64,000 nucleotides of DNA, from NCBI GenBank assembly GCA_963805265.1, contig CAWDTJ010000004.1, forward strand, positions 195,355 to 259,354, written 5' to 3'. The notes under the pieces are model-generated. The model worked only from the letters and a program-made list of their open reading frames with translations. It did no database searches and had not been told where the DNA came from. The first letter of the stretch is position 1. Each line of letters begins with the position of its first letter. Origin of the DNA: an uncultured Actinomycetes bacterium. GTDB lineage: Bacteria; Actinomycetota; Thermoleophilia; Gaiellales; Gaiellaceae. Of the stretch, positions 48,438 through 59,133 are shown one piece after another. The position numbers and the translations under genes are program-made.

Positions 48438-49781
48438 ATGAGACGAAGAGACAAACGAGACGAGCTCTCGACGGAAGAAAGCGGGCGCCTGACCGGCAGG
48501 GTGGCCATCGTCGGCTTTCCCAACGTCGGCAAGTCCACCCTGGCCAATCGCCTGACCAGTAGCCGCGCCGCGGTCGTGCACGAGACATCAGGCGTCACGC
48601 GCGATCGAAAGGAGCTCCTGTGCGACTGGAACGGCCAGAAATTCCTGCTCATCGACACGGGCGGGGTCGATCTCGGCGACTCCTCGCCGCTGACGCGGGC
48701 CATCGCCGAGCAGGCGCGAGCCGCCATCGATGAAGCCGACGTGGTCGTATTCCTGGTCGACGCGACTGTCGGAGTCACGGCCGGAGACGAGGAGGTGGCC
48801 GAGATCTTGCGCAGCGCCCACAAGCCGGTTCTTCTGGCCGCGAACAAGATCGACGATCCCGCGCAGGAGATTCGGGCGCTCGAGTTTCACCGCCTCGGCC
48901 TCGGCGACCCGCTCCCGATCTCGGCGCTGCACGGCCTCGGCTCGGGCGACCTGCTCGATCGGATGGTCGAGCTGCTACCCGGAGAGACCGCGCCGGTAGC
49001 CGGCGAAGAGGCGATCAGGGTGGCGATCCTCGGCCGCCCGAACGTGGGCAAGTCATCGCTGCTCAACGCCATCCTCGGGCAGGAGCGGGTGATCGTCTCG
49101 GATCGTCCCGGGACGACTCGCGATGCAATCGACACCCGTCTCCTCCGCGGCGAGCAGGAGTTTCTGCTGATCGACACGGCCGGGCTCAGGCGCAAGCGCA
49201 AGCACCGTCAGGGAATCGAGTACTACAGCCAGCTGCGCGCGCTCGACGCCGCCGAGCGGGCCGATATCGCGCTCGTCCTGGTGGACTCGGAGGAGGGGTT
49301 GGTCGACCAGGACATGAACGTCGCCGACGTCGCGCGCAAGGCCCAGTGCGCAACGCTCGTAGTGCTCGCCAAGTGGGATATCTCGCGTTTCGGCAGCGAC
49401 GATCTTCGCGGCGAGATCCAGCGCCGCGTTCGTCAACGACCCACGGTGCGAGCCGTCTCGGCCAAGACGGGAAGGGGAGTCGGCAGGCTGCTCGACGACA
49501 TCGAGGAGCTCTTCGCTCGCTTCAACGGCCGCGTGACCACGGGCGAGCTGAACCGCTTTCTGGGCGAGCTGACAGAAGCCCGCCAGGCGCCCGCCCGCGA
49601 TCGGCGCAGGCTGAAGATGCTCTACGGCGCCCAGGTGCAGGTGCGCCCACCCCGCTTCCGTGTTCACGTGAACGATTCATCACTCGTGACGCGCGACTAC
49701 GGTTACTGGGTCGAGAACGAGTTGCGCGAGCGCTTCTCGCTCGAAGGGGTGCCGGTGACAATCGACTTCGTGGGGCGGTGA
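48438..49781 (+). CDS. der: Ribosome-associated GTPase Der/EngA (two G domains plus KH-like domain)
   Basis: Contains [22 protein letters not shown] and DTAG. Confidence 0.95.
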   Translation: MRRRDKRDELSTEESGRLTGRVAIVGFPNVGKSTLANRLTSSRAAVVHETSGVTRDRKELLCDWNGQKFLLIDTGGVDLGDSSPLTRAIAEQARAAIDEADVVVFLVDATVGVTAGDEEVAEILRSAHKPVLLAANKIDDPAQEIRALEFHRLGLGDPLPISALHGLGSGDLLDRMVELLPGETAPVAGEEAIRVAILGRPNVGKSSLLNAILGQERVIVSDRPGTTRDAIDTRLLRGEQEFLLIDTAGLRRKRKHRQGIEYYSQLRALDAAERADIALVLVDSEEGLVDQDMNVADVARKAQCATLVVLAKWDISRFGSDDLRGEIQRRVRQRPTVRAVSAKTGRGVGRLLDDIEELFARFNGRVTTGELNRFLGELTEARQAPARDRRRLKMLYGAQVQVRPPRFRVHVNDSSLVTRDYGYWVENELRERFSLEGVPVTIDFVGR

Positions 49782-49785
49782 GGTC

Positions 49786-50763
49786 GTGCAGGTAGGAGTA
49801 CTGGGAGCGGGGATGTGGGGGACGGCGTTCGCCCACCTGCTCAGCGGTCGCGGTCACGCGGTGACGCTTGTCGACAGCGATCCGGATGTCGTTCGCTCGC
49901 TGATGGACAGCGGCAGGAATCTCCGCCACCTGCCCGAGCTCGAGCTCGCGGGCATCGCGGTGCTCGGCGTCCCCGAGGCCGCGGAGCTGTTCGAGCAGAC
50001 GGATCTGCTGGTCGTGGCGGTGCCGAGTCGCGCCTTCGCGACAGCGGTTGCCGCTTTACCCGGGGCCTCGCCGCTGCTCAGCCTGACCAAGGGTCTCGAT
50101 CCGGTCTCGAATGCCAGGCTCTCGACTCTCGTCGAGGGGCGGCCCGTGGCCGTTCTGTCGGGACCCAACTTCGCCGAGGAGATCGCTGCCGGATTGCCCG
50201 CGGCCGCCGTCGTCGCGAGCGACGATGTCGAGCTGGCTATGCGGCTCCAGGCCGAGATCGCATCCGCGTCCTTTCGCGTCTACGTGAACAGCGATCTGAT
50301 CGGGGTCGAGCTCTGCGGCGCCGGCAAGAACGTGATCGCTCTGGCCGCCGGGGCGGTCGACGGGCTCGGCCTGGGCGACAACGCCAAGGCCACCCTGATG
50401 ACCCGCGGCTTGGCCGAGATGGCCCGCCTCGGGCTGGCCTGCGGCGCTCGCGCCGACACCTTCGCCGGCCTGGCCGGGATGGGCGACCTGATCGCGACCT
50501 GCTGGCATCCGCGCGGCCGCAACCGGCGCGCCGGGGAGTTGATCGGTCGCGGCGTCACGCCCGATCAGGCGCGCGAGCAGATCGGGACGGTCGAGGGCAT
50601 GACGGCGGCTCCCGTTCTCGGCGAGCTGGCGCGGCAGGCGGGCGTCGAGCTGCCGATCACCGAGGCAGTCTGCGCTGTTCTCGGCGGCGGAGAAGTGAGG
50701 GAGCTCGCAGTCGAGTTGATGGGAAGAAAACCGACTGGGGAGTGGTCGGCGTCGTTACTCTGA
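49786..50763 (+). CDS. gpsA: NAD(P)H-dependent glycerol-3-phosphate dehydrogenase
   Basis: Contains VLGAGMWGTA, GPNFAEE and GAGKNVIALAAG. Confidence 0.9.
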   Translation: MQVGVLGAGMWGTAFAHLLSGRGHAVTLVDSDPDVVRSLMDSGRNLRHLPELELAGIAVLGVPEAAELFEQTDLLVVAVPSRAFATAVAALPGASPLLSLTKGLDPVSNARLSTLVEGRPVAVLSGPNFAEEIAAGLPAAAVVASDDVELAMRLQAEIASASFRVYVNSDLIGVELCGAGKNVIALAAGAVDGLGLGDNAKATLMTRGLAEMARLGLACGARADTFAGLAGMGDLIATCWHPRGRNRRAGELIGRGVTPDQAREQIGTVEGMTAAPVLGELARQAGVELPITEAVCAVLGGGEVRELAVELMGRKPTGEWSASLL

Positions 50764-50810
50764 TCTAGGCTTGGTTCACACCGTTCGTTCAGCCCTGGAG
50801 GTTTACCTAC

Positions 50811-52274
50811 ATGCGTCGTATCTCTCTCTCCTTCGCTCTCGTCGTCAGCTGCGTGCTCGTACTGGCAGCCTGCGGTAGCAAGAGCAAGAGCAGTTCTGTC
50901 AGCGCCAACTCGGATACAGGCAGCTCGAGCATCGCAGGCGCCGAGGTCGCGCCCGCGAGCGCGACCCTGTTCGCCTCGATCAATACCGACAGCAGCAGCG
51001 CCCAGTGGAAGCAGGCAATGACGCTTCTGAGCAGCATCCCGTCGCTGCAGACGGCTCTCAACAAGAGTCTCTCGAGCTCGGGCATCACGCTCGCGGACGT
51101 CGAGGAGGCGCTCGGACCGACCACGGCCGTCGTGAAGCTCGGCGTGTCGGAGAAGTCCACGAAGTGATTCTCACCAACCCGGCGGATCCGACCAAGCTGA
51201 AGAGCCTCCTGGCCAAGGACAAGACGGAGAAAGTCGGTCACCACCGAGATCGACTCCTGGCTGGCGATCGCCGAGTACGCAGGCTGCGCTCGATCGGTTC
51301 AAGGCCGCCGCCGCGGCCGGAAAGCTGGCCGATTCCGCCACTTTCAAGACCGCTGTCACGGGCATTCCGAGCGACGCGCTAGTGAAGGCTTACTTCGAGG
51401 GCTCGGCGATCAGTGCTTCCGCGCTTTCGTCTCTCAGCTCCGGCTCGGCGTCGAAGGCGCTCAAGAGCGCGGCGACGAAGAATCAGCTGGAGTGGGGGAC
51501 GCTGGCCGCCACCGCCGTTCCCAAGGGGCTCTCGATCGAGGGCGTCATCAAGGGCAAGACGACGCGTTGCCAACTCCAGCCTGTCGTTGATCAACGAGCT
51601 TCCGAGTGGAACCTCGTTCGCCGTTGATCTGAACGGACAGTCGGTCGGTCTCGACAAGGCCGTCCAGAATCTGAGCAGCAACCCGAAGTACTCGAGCCAG
51701 ATCCCGCAGATCGAGGCGGCACTCGGTGTCAAGCTCGACGATCTCGCGGCTCTGGCCGGCAGCGAACTGTCTATCTACGGAACCGAGGCGGGCATCGGGC
51801 TGCTGATCAAGGCGCCGGACGCGACCAAGTCGAAGGCGATGCTCGACAAGGTCGTCACGCTCCTGGCCGCGCAGCTGCAACGGCACGAGCAAATCGGTCA
51901 CGGTCGGCGGCGTCCAGGCCACCGAGGTGACTTTCGGGACAACGAAGGTCGATTACGGCGTCAAGGACGGAAATCTCTTCGTCGTTACCGACGCGAGCGC
52001 ACTGCCCGGCAGCTCGAAGCTTGCGAGCGATCCGGTCTACAGCGCGGCCGCGTCGGAGCTGCCCCTCCCGTCGAGCAGCCTCGGAATCGCCTACATCGAT
52101 TTCGCCAAGCTCGCCGCGCTCTCCAAGAGCGGCAGCTCGATCGTCAAGGGTCTCGGAAGCTCGAGCGGCGCGAGCGCGAATCTGAGCAACCTCGAGGGTC
52201 TGTCCTCGCTACTCGGCTACGCCACCGCCAACGGCGACAAGATCGAGTACAAGGCGCTGCTCTCGACCAAGTAG
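50811..52274 (+). pseudogene. Lipoprotein, DUF3352-like (family from memory), broken by about 5 frame changes
   Basis: Lipobox LVLAAC at the N-terminus. Protein-like segments follow in successive frames (VILTNPADPTKLKSLL, TTEIDSWLAIAE, STQAALDRFKAAAAAGKLADS...KAYFEGSAIS, SSLSLINELPSGTSFAVDLNG..., GTSKSVTVGGVQATEVTFGTTKVDYGV...). Breaks lie near 51165, 51240, 51275, 51575 and 51886. Confidence 0.6.
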
Positions 52275-52284
52275 ATAACGCGGA

Positions 52285-52320
52285 TGAGGCGTCGCCGCTC
52301 GGCTGTGCGCGGCGACGCCT
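52285..52320 (+). terminator. Strong stem-loop after the lipoprotein gene
   Basis: GAGGCGTCGCCG (52285-52296) pairs perfectly with CGGCGACGCCTC (52309-52320). This is a 12-bp stem followed by a CT-rich tail. Confidence 0.6.
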
Positions 52321-52445
52321 CACCTCTTCGGCCCTCGCCGGCGGAATAGTGAGCGCCGGCCTGGTATCTGGGAGCCAATGCCACCCCCAAACTGCCAAGT
52401 GCCAGGTGGTTCGGTTTCTCAAACGACTAGAAGGGAGATCCGGTA

Positions 52446-53681
52446 GTGTCAGCGCCCATGAGCGAATTCCTCTTCACTTCAGAGTCAGTCACCGAAGGCC
52501 ATCCGGACAAGATCGCCGACCAGATCGCCGACGCGGTGCTCGACGCCGTGCTCGCCGGCGATCCCAACGGACGGGTTGCCTGCGAGACGATGGTCACGAC
52601 CGGGCTCGTGATCGTGGCCGGCGAGATCACCACCGACACCTACGTCGACATCACCAAGCTGGCGCGGACGAAGATCGCCGAGATCGGCTACACGCGCGCC
52701 AAGTTCGGCTTCGACGCCGAGACCTGCGGTGTCATCACCGCGGTCGACGAGCAGTCGCCGGATATCGCCCGTGGCGTCAATTCCTCCTACGAGACCCAGC
52801 ACGGCGACGAGGATCCGCTCGACAAAGAGGGCGCCGGCGACCAGGGCATGATGTTCGGCTACGCCTCGAACGAGACCGACGAGCTGATGCCGATGCCGAT
52901 CCTGCTCGCGCACAAGATCTGCAAGCGGATGGCCGAGGTGCGCAAGGCGGGCGTAATGCCCTACCTGCGCCCGGACGGGAAATCTCAAGTGACGATTCGC
53001 TATGAGATCGACGAGCACGGCGTCCAGCGCCCGGTCGAGATCATGCGCCTGCTCGTCTCCAGCCAGCACGCCGACACTCTCGACGTCGAGACGTTGATCA
53101 AGCCGGACATGATCGAGCACGTGCTGCACCCGATCCTGCCCCGCGACTTCTATGACGAGAAGCGCCTCGAGGAGCGCGACTTCGTGCTCGTCAATCCGAC
53201 CGGTCGCTTCGCCGTCGGCGGTCCCATGGGAGACACCGGCCTCACGGGCCGCAAGCTGATCGTCGACACCTACGGCGGCTCGGCGCGCCACGGTGGCGGC
53301 TCCTTCTCGGGCAAGGATCCGACGAAGGTCGATCGCTCGGCCACCTACGCAGCCCGCTACGCGGCCAAGAATCTGGTTGCCGCCGGGCTTGCCGATCGGC
53401 TCGAGCTGCAGATCGCCTACGCGATCGGGGTTGCCCATCCGGTCTCGATCTCGGTGGAGGCCTTCGGCAGCGAGAAGATCCCGGTGGCCAAGATCGAGGA
53501 TCTGGTGCGCGAGCACTTCGACCTGCGCCCGGCCGCGATTCTGCGCGACCTCGACCTCCGTCGCCCGATTTACGCCAAGACGGCAGCCTACGGCCACTTC
53601 GGCCGCGACGACCACGACTTCACCTGGGAGCGAACCGACAAGGTCGAAGTGCTGCGCAAGGCGGCTGGGCTATCCGGCTAG
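52446..53681 (+). CDS. metK: S-adenosylmethionine synthase
   Basis: Contains [26 protein letters not shown] and GGGSFSGKD. The start is either GTG at 52446 or ATG at 52458. Confidence 0.95.
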   Translation: MSAPMSEFLFTSESVTEGHPDKIADQIADAVLDAVLAGDPNGRVACETMVTTGLVIVAGEITTDTYVDITKLARTKIAEIGYTRAKFGFDAETCGVITAVDEQSPDIARGVNSSYETQHGDEDPLDKEGAGDQGMMFGYASNETDELMPMPILLAHKICKRMAEVRKAGVMPYLRPDGKSQVTIRYEIDEHGVQRPVEIMRLLVSSQHADTLDVETLIKPDMIEHVLHPILPRDFYDEKRLEERDFVLVNPTGRFAVGGPMGDTGLTGRKLIVDTYGGSARHGGGSFSGKDPTKVDRSATYAARYAAKNLVAAGLADRLELQIAYAIGVAHPVSISVEAFGSEKIPVAKIEDLVREHFDLRPAAILRDLDLRRPIYAKTAAYGHFGRDDHDFTWERTDKVEVLRKAAGLSG

Positions 53682-53698
53682 CAGATCCGAGCGTGACG

Positions 53699-53723
53699 CC
53701 CGCGCCGGGATGACCTGCGCGGG
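53699..53723. terminator. Stem-loop between the convergent metK and lspA-like genes
   Basis: CCCGCGC (53699-53705) pairs with GCGCGGG (53717-53723). Confidence 0.35.
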
Positions 53724-53731
53724 CACGCCGC

Positions 53732-54217
53732 TCAACGCGAAATCGGGCGGCGCAGCTCGTCCCGCATCTCCGGGGCGAATCTCGCGACGCCGGCCGTCGC
53801 CAGCACGAAGCCGAGGATGACGCCGATATCGGCCAGGTTCAGCGCGATCGTCCAACCACCGTGGGAGATCGTGAGCGGATTCGGCACGCCCTGCGTGAAG
53901 ATGACGATCGAAAGCGCATTGCCGAGACCCCCGCCGACCATCAAACCCGCTCCCGCGACGATCATGCGCGAACGAATCATCGGGGCGACGTAGGCGAGCG
54001 CGATCGTGATCGTCAGAATGATCGCGAGCTCGAAGTGGGTGCGCTTGTGGTAGAGGCCGGCCTTAGTCGGCTCGGTGACCTTGACGAGCAGGTCGCAGAC
54101 GCAGACCCAGGCGGCGATTGCAAGCAAGGCGAGTCGGGCCTGTCTGACCTCGAGACCACGACCGGCACTTCGTCGCGGCCAGGCCGGGCGCTGCTGGTCG
54201 ATCGTTCTCTCAACCAT
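53732..54217 (-). CDS. Divergent signal-peptidase-II-like (LspA-like) membrane protein
   Basis: Only the last 161 codons of the 437-aa track ORF look real, starting at MVERTID (ATG at 54217). GGGLGNALS...FTQGVPNP...ALNLADIGVILG resembles the LspA GGALGNL...FN.AD core, but the N.GaaF block and the first catalytic Asp region are not evident. Confidence 0.45.
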   Translation of the reverse strand: MVERTIDQQRPAWPRRSAGRGLEVRQARLALLAIAAWVCVCDLLVKVTEPTKAGLYHKRTHFELAIILTITIALAYVAPMIRSRMIVAGAGLMVGGGLGNALSIVIFTQGVPNPLTISHGGWTIALNLADIGVILGFVLATAGVARFAPEMRDELRRPISR

Positions 54218-54292
54218 GTCAGGGCAGTACCCATCCTGGGGATTCCTACGCCCGAAGGCCGCGCTCGCCGTCGGCGCATCTAGGCTAGGTCG

Positions 54293-56222
54293 ATGGGGCT
54301 CAACCCGGCATCGGTCTTTCCGCTCGCGACGGCGCGAGTGCTGGCGCGCGAATTCACCTATCTCGTTCCGGAAGAAGTCGAGCCCGGCCAGGTCGTGCGC
54401 GTGCGTCTCGGCGGCAGGCGCGTGCGCGGAGTCGTGAGCGAGGTCGGCGTGACGCCTCCGCCAGGGATCGAGCTGGCGCAGGTAGAGGAAGTCGCCGAGC
54501 AGATCCCCGCCCATCTGGTCGAGCTTGCACTGTGGCTGTCGGCCTATTACGGCTCGACGCCCGGCCGCGCGCTGGCGCTGGTGGCGCCGCTTAGCCCCAA
54601 GCGTCGCGGCGAGCGAGTGCTCCCGCTGCAGCGCGAGGCACTGGTCGCCGAGCGGGCGCCCGAGAGGCTGACCCGGTCGCAGGAGCGAGCGGTCGAGCGC
54701 ATCGTGCAGTCGCTCGACGGAGGGGGCAGCCCCTTTCTCCTCTACGGCGCGACCGGCAGCGGCAAGACCGAGGTCTACCTGCGCGCCTGCGCGGCCGCGC
54801 TCGAGCGTGGCAAGGGCGCAATCGTGCTCGTGCCCGAGATCTCGCTGACACCGCAGACGCTCGGTCGCTTTCGTCAGCGCTTCGGGGAGGAGATCGCCGT
54901 CTTGCACTCGCGCCTGACCGTCGCCGAGCGCCGCGACGAGCGTGAGCGAATCGCGTTGGGCCAGGCGAGAGTCGTGATCGGCGCCCGCTCGGCGGTGTTC
55001 GCGCCGGTCGCAGATCTCGGTTTGATCGTCTGCGACGAGGAGCACGACTCGTCTTTCAAGCAGGAGTCCGATCCTCGCTACGACGCCCGGACTGTCGCGG
55101 TGAAGCGCGCGGCACTCGAGCGGGCGGTCGCCGTCTTCGGCAGCGCGACGCCGCGTCCGGAGTCCTGGCAGGCGCTCGAGCGGCTCGTTCTGGGGGGACG
55201 GATCGGTGGGAAACTACCGCCGGTGCGCGTCGTGGACATGCGCCGCGAGCGCGGCTTTCCGCTCTCGGCGCCGCTGATCGAGGAGCTCGACGCCGTCGCC
55301 CTAGCCGGCGCCAAGGCGATCCTGCTGCTCAATCGGCGCGGCCTCACGCCGGCTCTCCACTGCCGCGCCTGCGGCGAAACGCTCCGCTGCCCGGCCTGCG
55401 ACGTGGCGCTGGTGCTGCACTCAGGCGGCGCTCTGCTCTGCCATCACTGTGGCTACTCCGAGCCCGAGCCCGAGATCTGCCCGGCTTGCGGCTCGCCCGA
55501 GCTATCCCGGATCGGCGCCGGCACGCAGAAGCTCGAGCGCGAGCTGGCGAGACTCTTCCCCGCTTTGGAGCGGATTCGTCTCGACTCCGATACGACCGCC
55601 CGACCGGGCGCTCTTGCCGCCGCGCTCGCCCGCTTCGCGGCGGCAAAAAGCGCAGTGCTACTCGGCACCCAGATGATCGCCAAGGGCCACCACTTTTCGG
55701 GCGTCGCGCTGGCTGCGGTGGTCGATGCCGATGCGGGCCTGGCGCAGCCGGACTTCCGCGCCGAGGAACGCACCTTCCAGCTTCTGACTCAGCTGGCCGG
55801 ACGGAGCGGTCGCGACGCACCCGGGCGGGTCGTCATTCAGACCTTCCAGCCCGACAGCGAGGCGGTTCGCTTTGCCGCTCGCCACGATGTCGAGGGTTTC
55901 CTCAACGCCGAGCTCGAGCGCCGGCGGGAGCTGGACTATCCGCCCTTCAAGCACCTCGTGCGGGTCGTCGCCTCGGGTCCCGAGCAGTCTCAGGCGCTGC
56001 GCCTGCTGGAGGAGATCCGCGACGGCATGTCCGACGAGACCCTGATCGGGCCGGCGCCGCTGCTTCGGCTTCGCGGTCGCTACAGGGCTCAGCTCGTCGG
56101 CAAGAGCGCTGCGGCCGCGCCGCATCGCCCAGCGCGCCGCGGAGCTCTTGGCCGCGGCCGCGCCGGCCATGCGCCGCGCCGACCTGAGCGCCGTGGTGGA
56201 CGTCGACCCGCAGGGGTTCTAG
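54293..56222 (+). CDS. priA: Primosomal protein N' (PriA helicase), one frameshift near 56110
   Basis: Contains GATGSGKTEVY, DEEHD and the Cys4 zinc region CRACGETLRCPACDV...CHHCGY...CPACGS. The true C-terminus (RIAQRAAELLAAAAPAMRRADLSAVVDVDPQGF*) is in another frame and ends at 56222. Confidence 0.9.
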
Positions 56223-56412
56223 GGAACGGATCCCATTTCAGGACAATTCTCTTTTCGCCCGCCACCGAGCCACCCACCCGCGGGGTCGCTCGAATGTACC
56301 GTCCCGAGGTGCGAAAAGGCGGGCTTTGTCGTAACGATTCCTGACCGATTCACGCACCGCGTATCGCGCGCCCGGCCGTGCCAGAGCACTTACGACACGT
56401 AGAATCCTTTCG

Positions 56413-56985
56413 ATGGCAGACGCAGGGCAGACAAAGGACATCGAGCGCGACGTCGAGCGCGAGGCACGGCGCCGGACAGCGCTGGCGCAGATCCGCCAGT
56501 ACCCGGATCCCGTGCTGCGTATGCGCGCCCGCGAGGTCGAGGTCTTCGACGAGTCGCTGGCGAAGCAAGCTGCCAGGATGATCGCGCTGATGCACGATGC
56601 TGCCGGCGTCGGCTTGGCTGCGAACCAGGTCGGCAGCCTGCTCAGGATGTTCACGATCGAACTGGGCGAGGATGAGCCGGCGCAGGCAATCGTCAACCCT
56701 CGTTTAACGCCGCTCGGCGAGGAGTTGGAGAGCGATGAGGAGGGCTGCCTCTCGTTGCCGGGCGTATTGGTACCGGTCGAGCGCTCGGTCTCGGTTCGCC
56801 TGGAAGGGCAAGGAGTGGACGGCCGGGAGCTGACCCTGGAGCTCGACGGCCTTCCCGCGCGCGCCGTTCAGCACGAGGTCGACCATCTCGACGGCGTGCT
56901 CACTTTCGACCGCACCACTGCCGAAGCGCGCCGCGAGGCTCTGGCCGCTCTACGGCCGCGGGTGGTTCTCGCCGGCGCTCGGTGA
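56413..56985 (+). CDS. def: Peptide deformylase
   Basis: Contains GVGLAANQVG, EGCLSLPG and HEVDHLDG. Confidence 0.9.
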   Translation: MADAGQTKDIERDVEREARRRTALAQIRQYPDPVLRMRAREVEVFDESLAKQAARMIALMHDAAGVGLAANQVGSLLRMFTIELGEDEPAQAIVNPRLTPLGEELESDEEGCLSLPGVLVPVERSVSVRLEGQGVDGRELTLELDGLPARAVQHEVDHLDGVLTFDRTTAEARREALAALRPRVVLAGAR

Positions 56986-56991
56986 AGCGCC

Positions 56992-57811
56992 GTGGCTGAG
57001 CGCCTCGCCGTCGCCGCGACCGCGTCCTTCGGTGCGGACGTTCTGGAGGGCTTGGCCGCCCGACGCGAGATCGCCTTCCTTGTCACACGCCCCGATCGTC
57101 CGGCCGGGCGCGGGCAAAAGCTGCGCGCGCCGGCGGCGAAAGTGGTGGCAGATCGCCTCGGCATCCCCGTGCTCCAGCCCGAGAAGCTCGACGCATCCTT
57201 CGTCCTCGAAGCAGACACGGTCGTCCTGGCCGCCTACGGCGTCCTGATCCCGGAAGCCCAGCTCGAGCAGGCGCTCTGGCTCAACGTCCATCCCTCGCTC
57301 TTGCCGCGCTGGCGCGGCGCGGCGCCGGTCGAACGGGCGCTGATGGCCGGCGACGCCGAGACCGGGGTGACGATTCACGAGACGGTCAAGGAGCTGGACG
57401 CCGGGCCGATCGCCGCCCAGGCGGCCTTCACCGCTCACGCCCGCGGACGACGCCGGCACGGTGTTCGAGAAGACGGCGTCGCTCGCCGTCACACTGCTCG
57501 ATGGCATTCTGCCGGAGCCCGTATTCCGGCCCCAGCCCGAGGAAGGCGCCTGCTACGCGGCCAAGATCGGGCCCGAGGACCGCGAGCTCGACTGGGACCG
57601 CTCGCCCGAGGAGAACCTCAACCGCATCCGCGCCCTCTCGCCGCACATCGGCGCCCGCGGCGAAGTGGACGGCCGCCGCCTGCTCGTCTGGCGTGCTCGC
57701 CCGGCCGGGCCCGACTCCGCGCTCGTCGCCGGCGGTCTGGAACTGCTCGAGGTGCAGCCCGAAGGGAAGAAGCGAATGGCCGCCGCGGACTACCTCCGCG
57801 GTCTGCGTTGA
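56992..57811 (+). CDS. fmt: Methionyl-tRNA formyltransferase, one frameshift near 57430
   Basis: The N-terminal part (NVHPSLLPRWRGAAPVERA..., TGVTIHETVKELDAGPI) is in the frame of 56992. The C-terminal part (LTPADDAGTVFEKTASLAV...LEVQPEGKKRM) is in the frame of 57461..57811. Confidence 0.9.
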
Positions 57812-59060
57812 ATGTCTATCTCGCCGGCACGCCGCGCCGCCTTCAAGACGATCCTGCGCGTCTTCGAGCAGGAGGCCTACGCCGACCGCGCCTTCGCCGC
57901 CGAGGCCAAGAAGCTCAACGACCGCGAACGCGCGCTGGCCCAAAGGCTTGCCTACGGCACCGTGCAGCGCGTGCGCACGCTCGACTACGCGATCAACGAG
58001 CTGGGCAAGCGCTCGCCCGGCACGCTTCGATCCGCCGGTGCGCGCGGCGCTCAGGCTCGGTGCGTATCAGCTCGCCTTCTCGGCGGGCATACCGGCGCAC
58101 GCCGCCGTCAACGAGTCGGTCGAGTTGGTGCGCGCCTTCGGCCCCAAGCACGCGATCGGCTTCACCAACGCGATCATGCGCCGCCTGAGCGAGGGCGCCC
58201 GTGCTCTGATCGAGAACCTCCCTGAGTGGACGCCGCGCGAGGCGGCGCTCCGCTACTCCTATCCCGACTGGATCGCCGAGACCTTCTGGCGCGAGCTCGG
58301 CCCCGACGATGCGCCGGCACTCCTGCGCGCCCAGAACGAGCCGGCCGAGACGGCGGTGCGAAGGAACAACCTCGTCCCGGGCGAGGTCGAGGGCGATCCC
58401 GACCCGCTCGTTCCGGGCGCCCTCGTGGTCAAGCGGGTGGACGAGAAGGCTCTCAAAGACGGCCTCGTCTGGCCGCAAAGCCGCGGCTCGCAGCTGGCCG
58501 GTCTGGCCGTGGGCGCCCGCCCGGGCGAGCGCGTGCTCGACCTCTGCGCGGCGCCGGGCGGCAAGACGACGCAGCTGGCGGCGCTCGGCGCCGAGGTGAC
58601 CGCGATCGAGAAGCACGAAGGCCGGGCACGCGAGCTGGACGAGAACTGCCGCCGCCTCGGCGCGGGCTCGGTGCGCGTCCTGAACGCCGATGCGCTCGAT
58701 CTGCAGCCCGAGCTGAGCGGCTTCGACCGCGCTCTGGTCGACGCGCCCTGCTCGGGGCTCGGCGTTCTTGCCAGCCGCCCCGATCTGCGCTGGCGCTCGC
58801 ATCCGCTGGCCGAGCTGCAACTCGCACTACTGCGCGCCGCCGCCGCTCGCGTCCGCCCCGGCGGCACCGTCAGCTACTCGGTCTGCACGATCAACCGGGA
58901 GGAGAACGAGGACGTCGTCGAGGCGCTCGGCCTCGAGCCCGAAAACCTGGGCGAGCTCTGGCCCGAGTTCTCGCACCCGCACCACCCGGAGTTTCTGCTC
59001 ACGCTGCCGCACGTGCACCGGACGAGCGGGTTCTTTATCGCGCGGCTGCGGGTCGGTTGA
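57812..59060 (+). CDS. rsmB: 16S rRNA (cytosine-C5)-methyltransferase RsmB/Sun family, one frameshift near 58015
   Basis: The NusB-like N-terminal part is in the frame of 57812. The methyltransferase core (DLCAAPGGKT, DAPCSGLGV, YSVCT) is in the frame ending at 59060. Confidence 0.85.
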
Positions 59061-59133
59061 GTTTCAACGAGCCCACGACCTGTCCCAAACAGACATCTAC
59101 CGAAAATCTCGACTCGTAGATAGTGTTCGGTCT

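Noticed and set aside
53732-55045. 437-aa minus-strand ORF overlapping priA
   Set aside because: The upstream ~275 codons are an antisense shadow of priA (Arg/Ala/Leu-rich, no motifs). Only the terminal 161 codons (53732-54217) form a plausible membrane protein.
58768-59133. N-terminal extension of the M32 carboxypeptidase ORF
   Set aside because: It overlaps the 3' end of rsmB in another frame and is Arg/Ser/Pro-rich. The conserved M32 N-terminus begins at the ATG at 59134.
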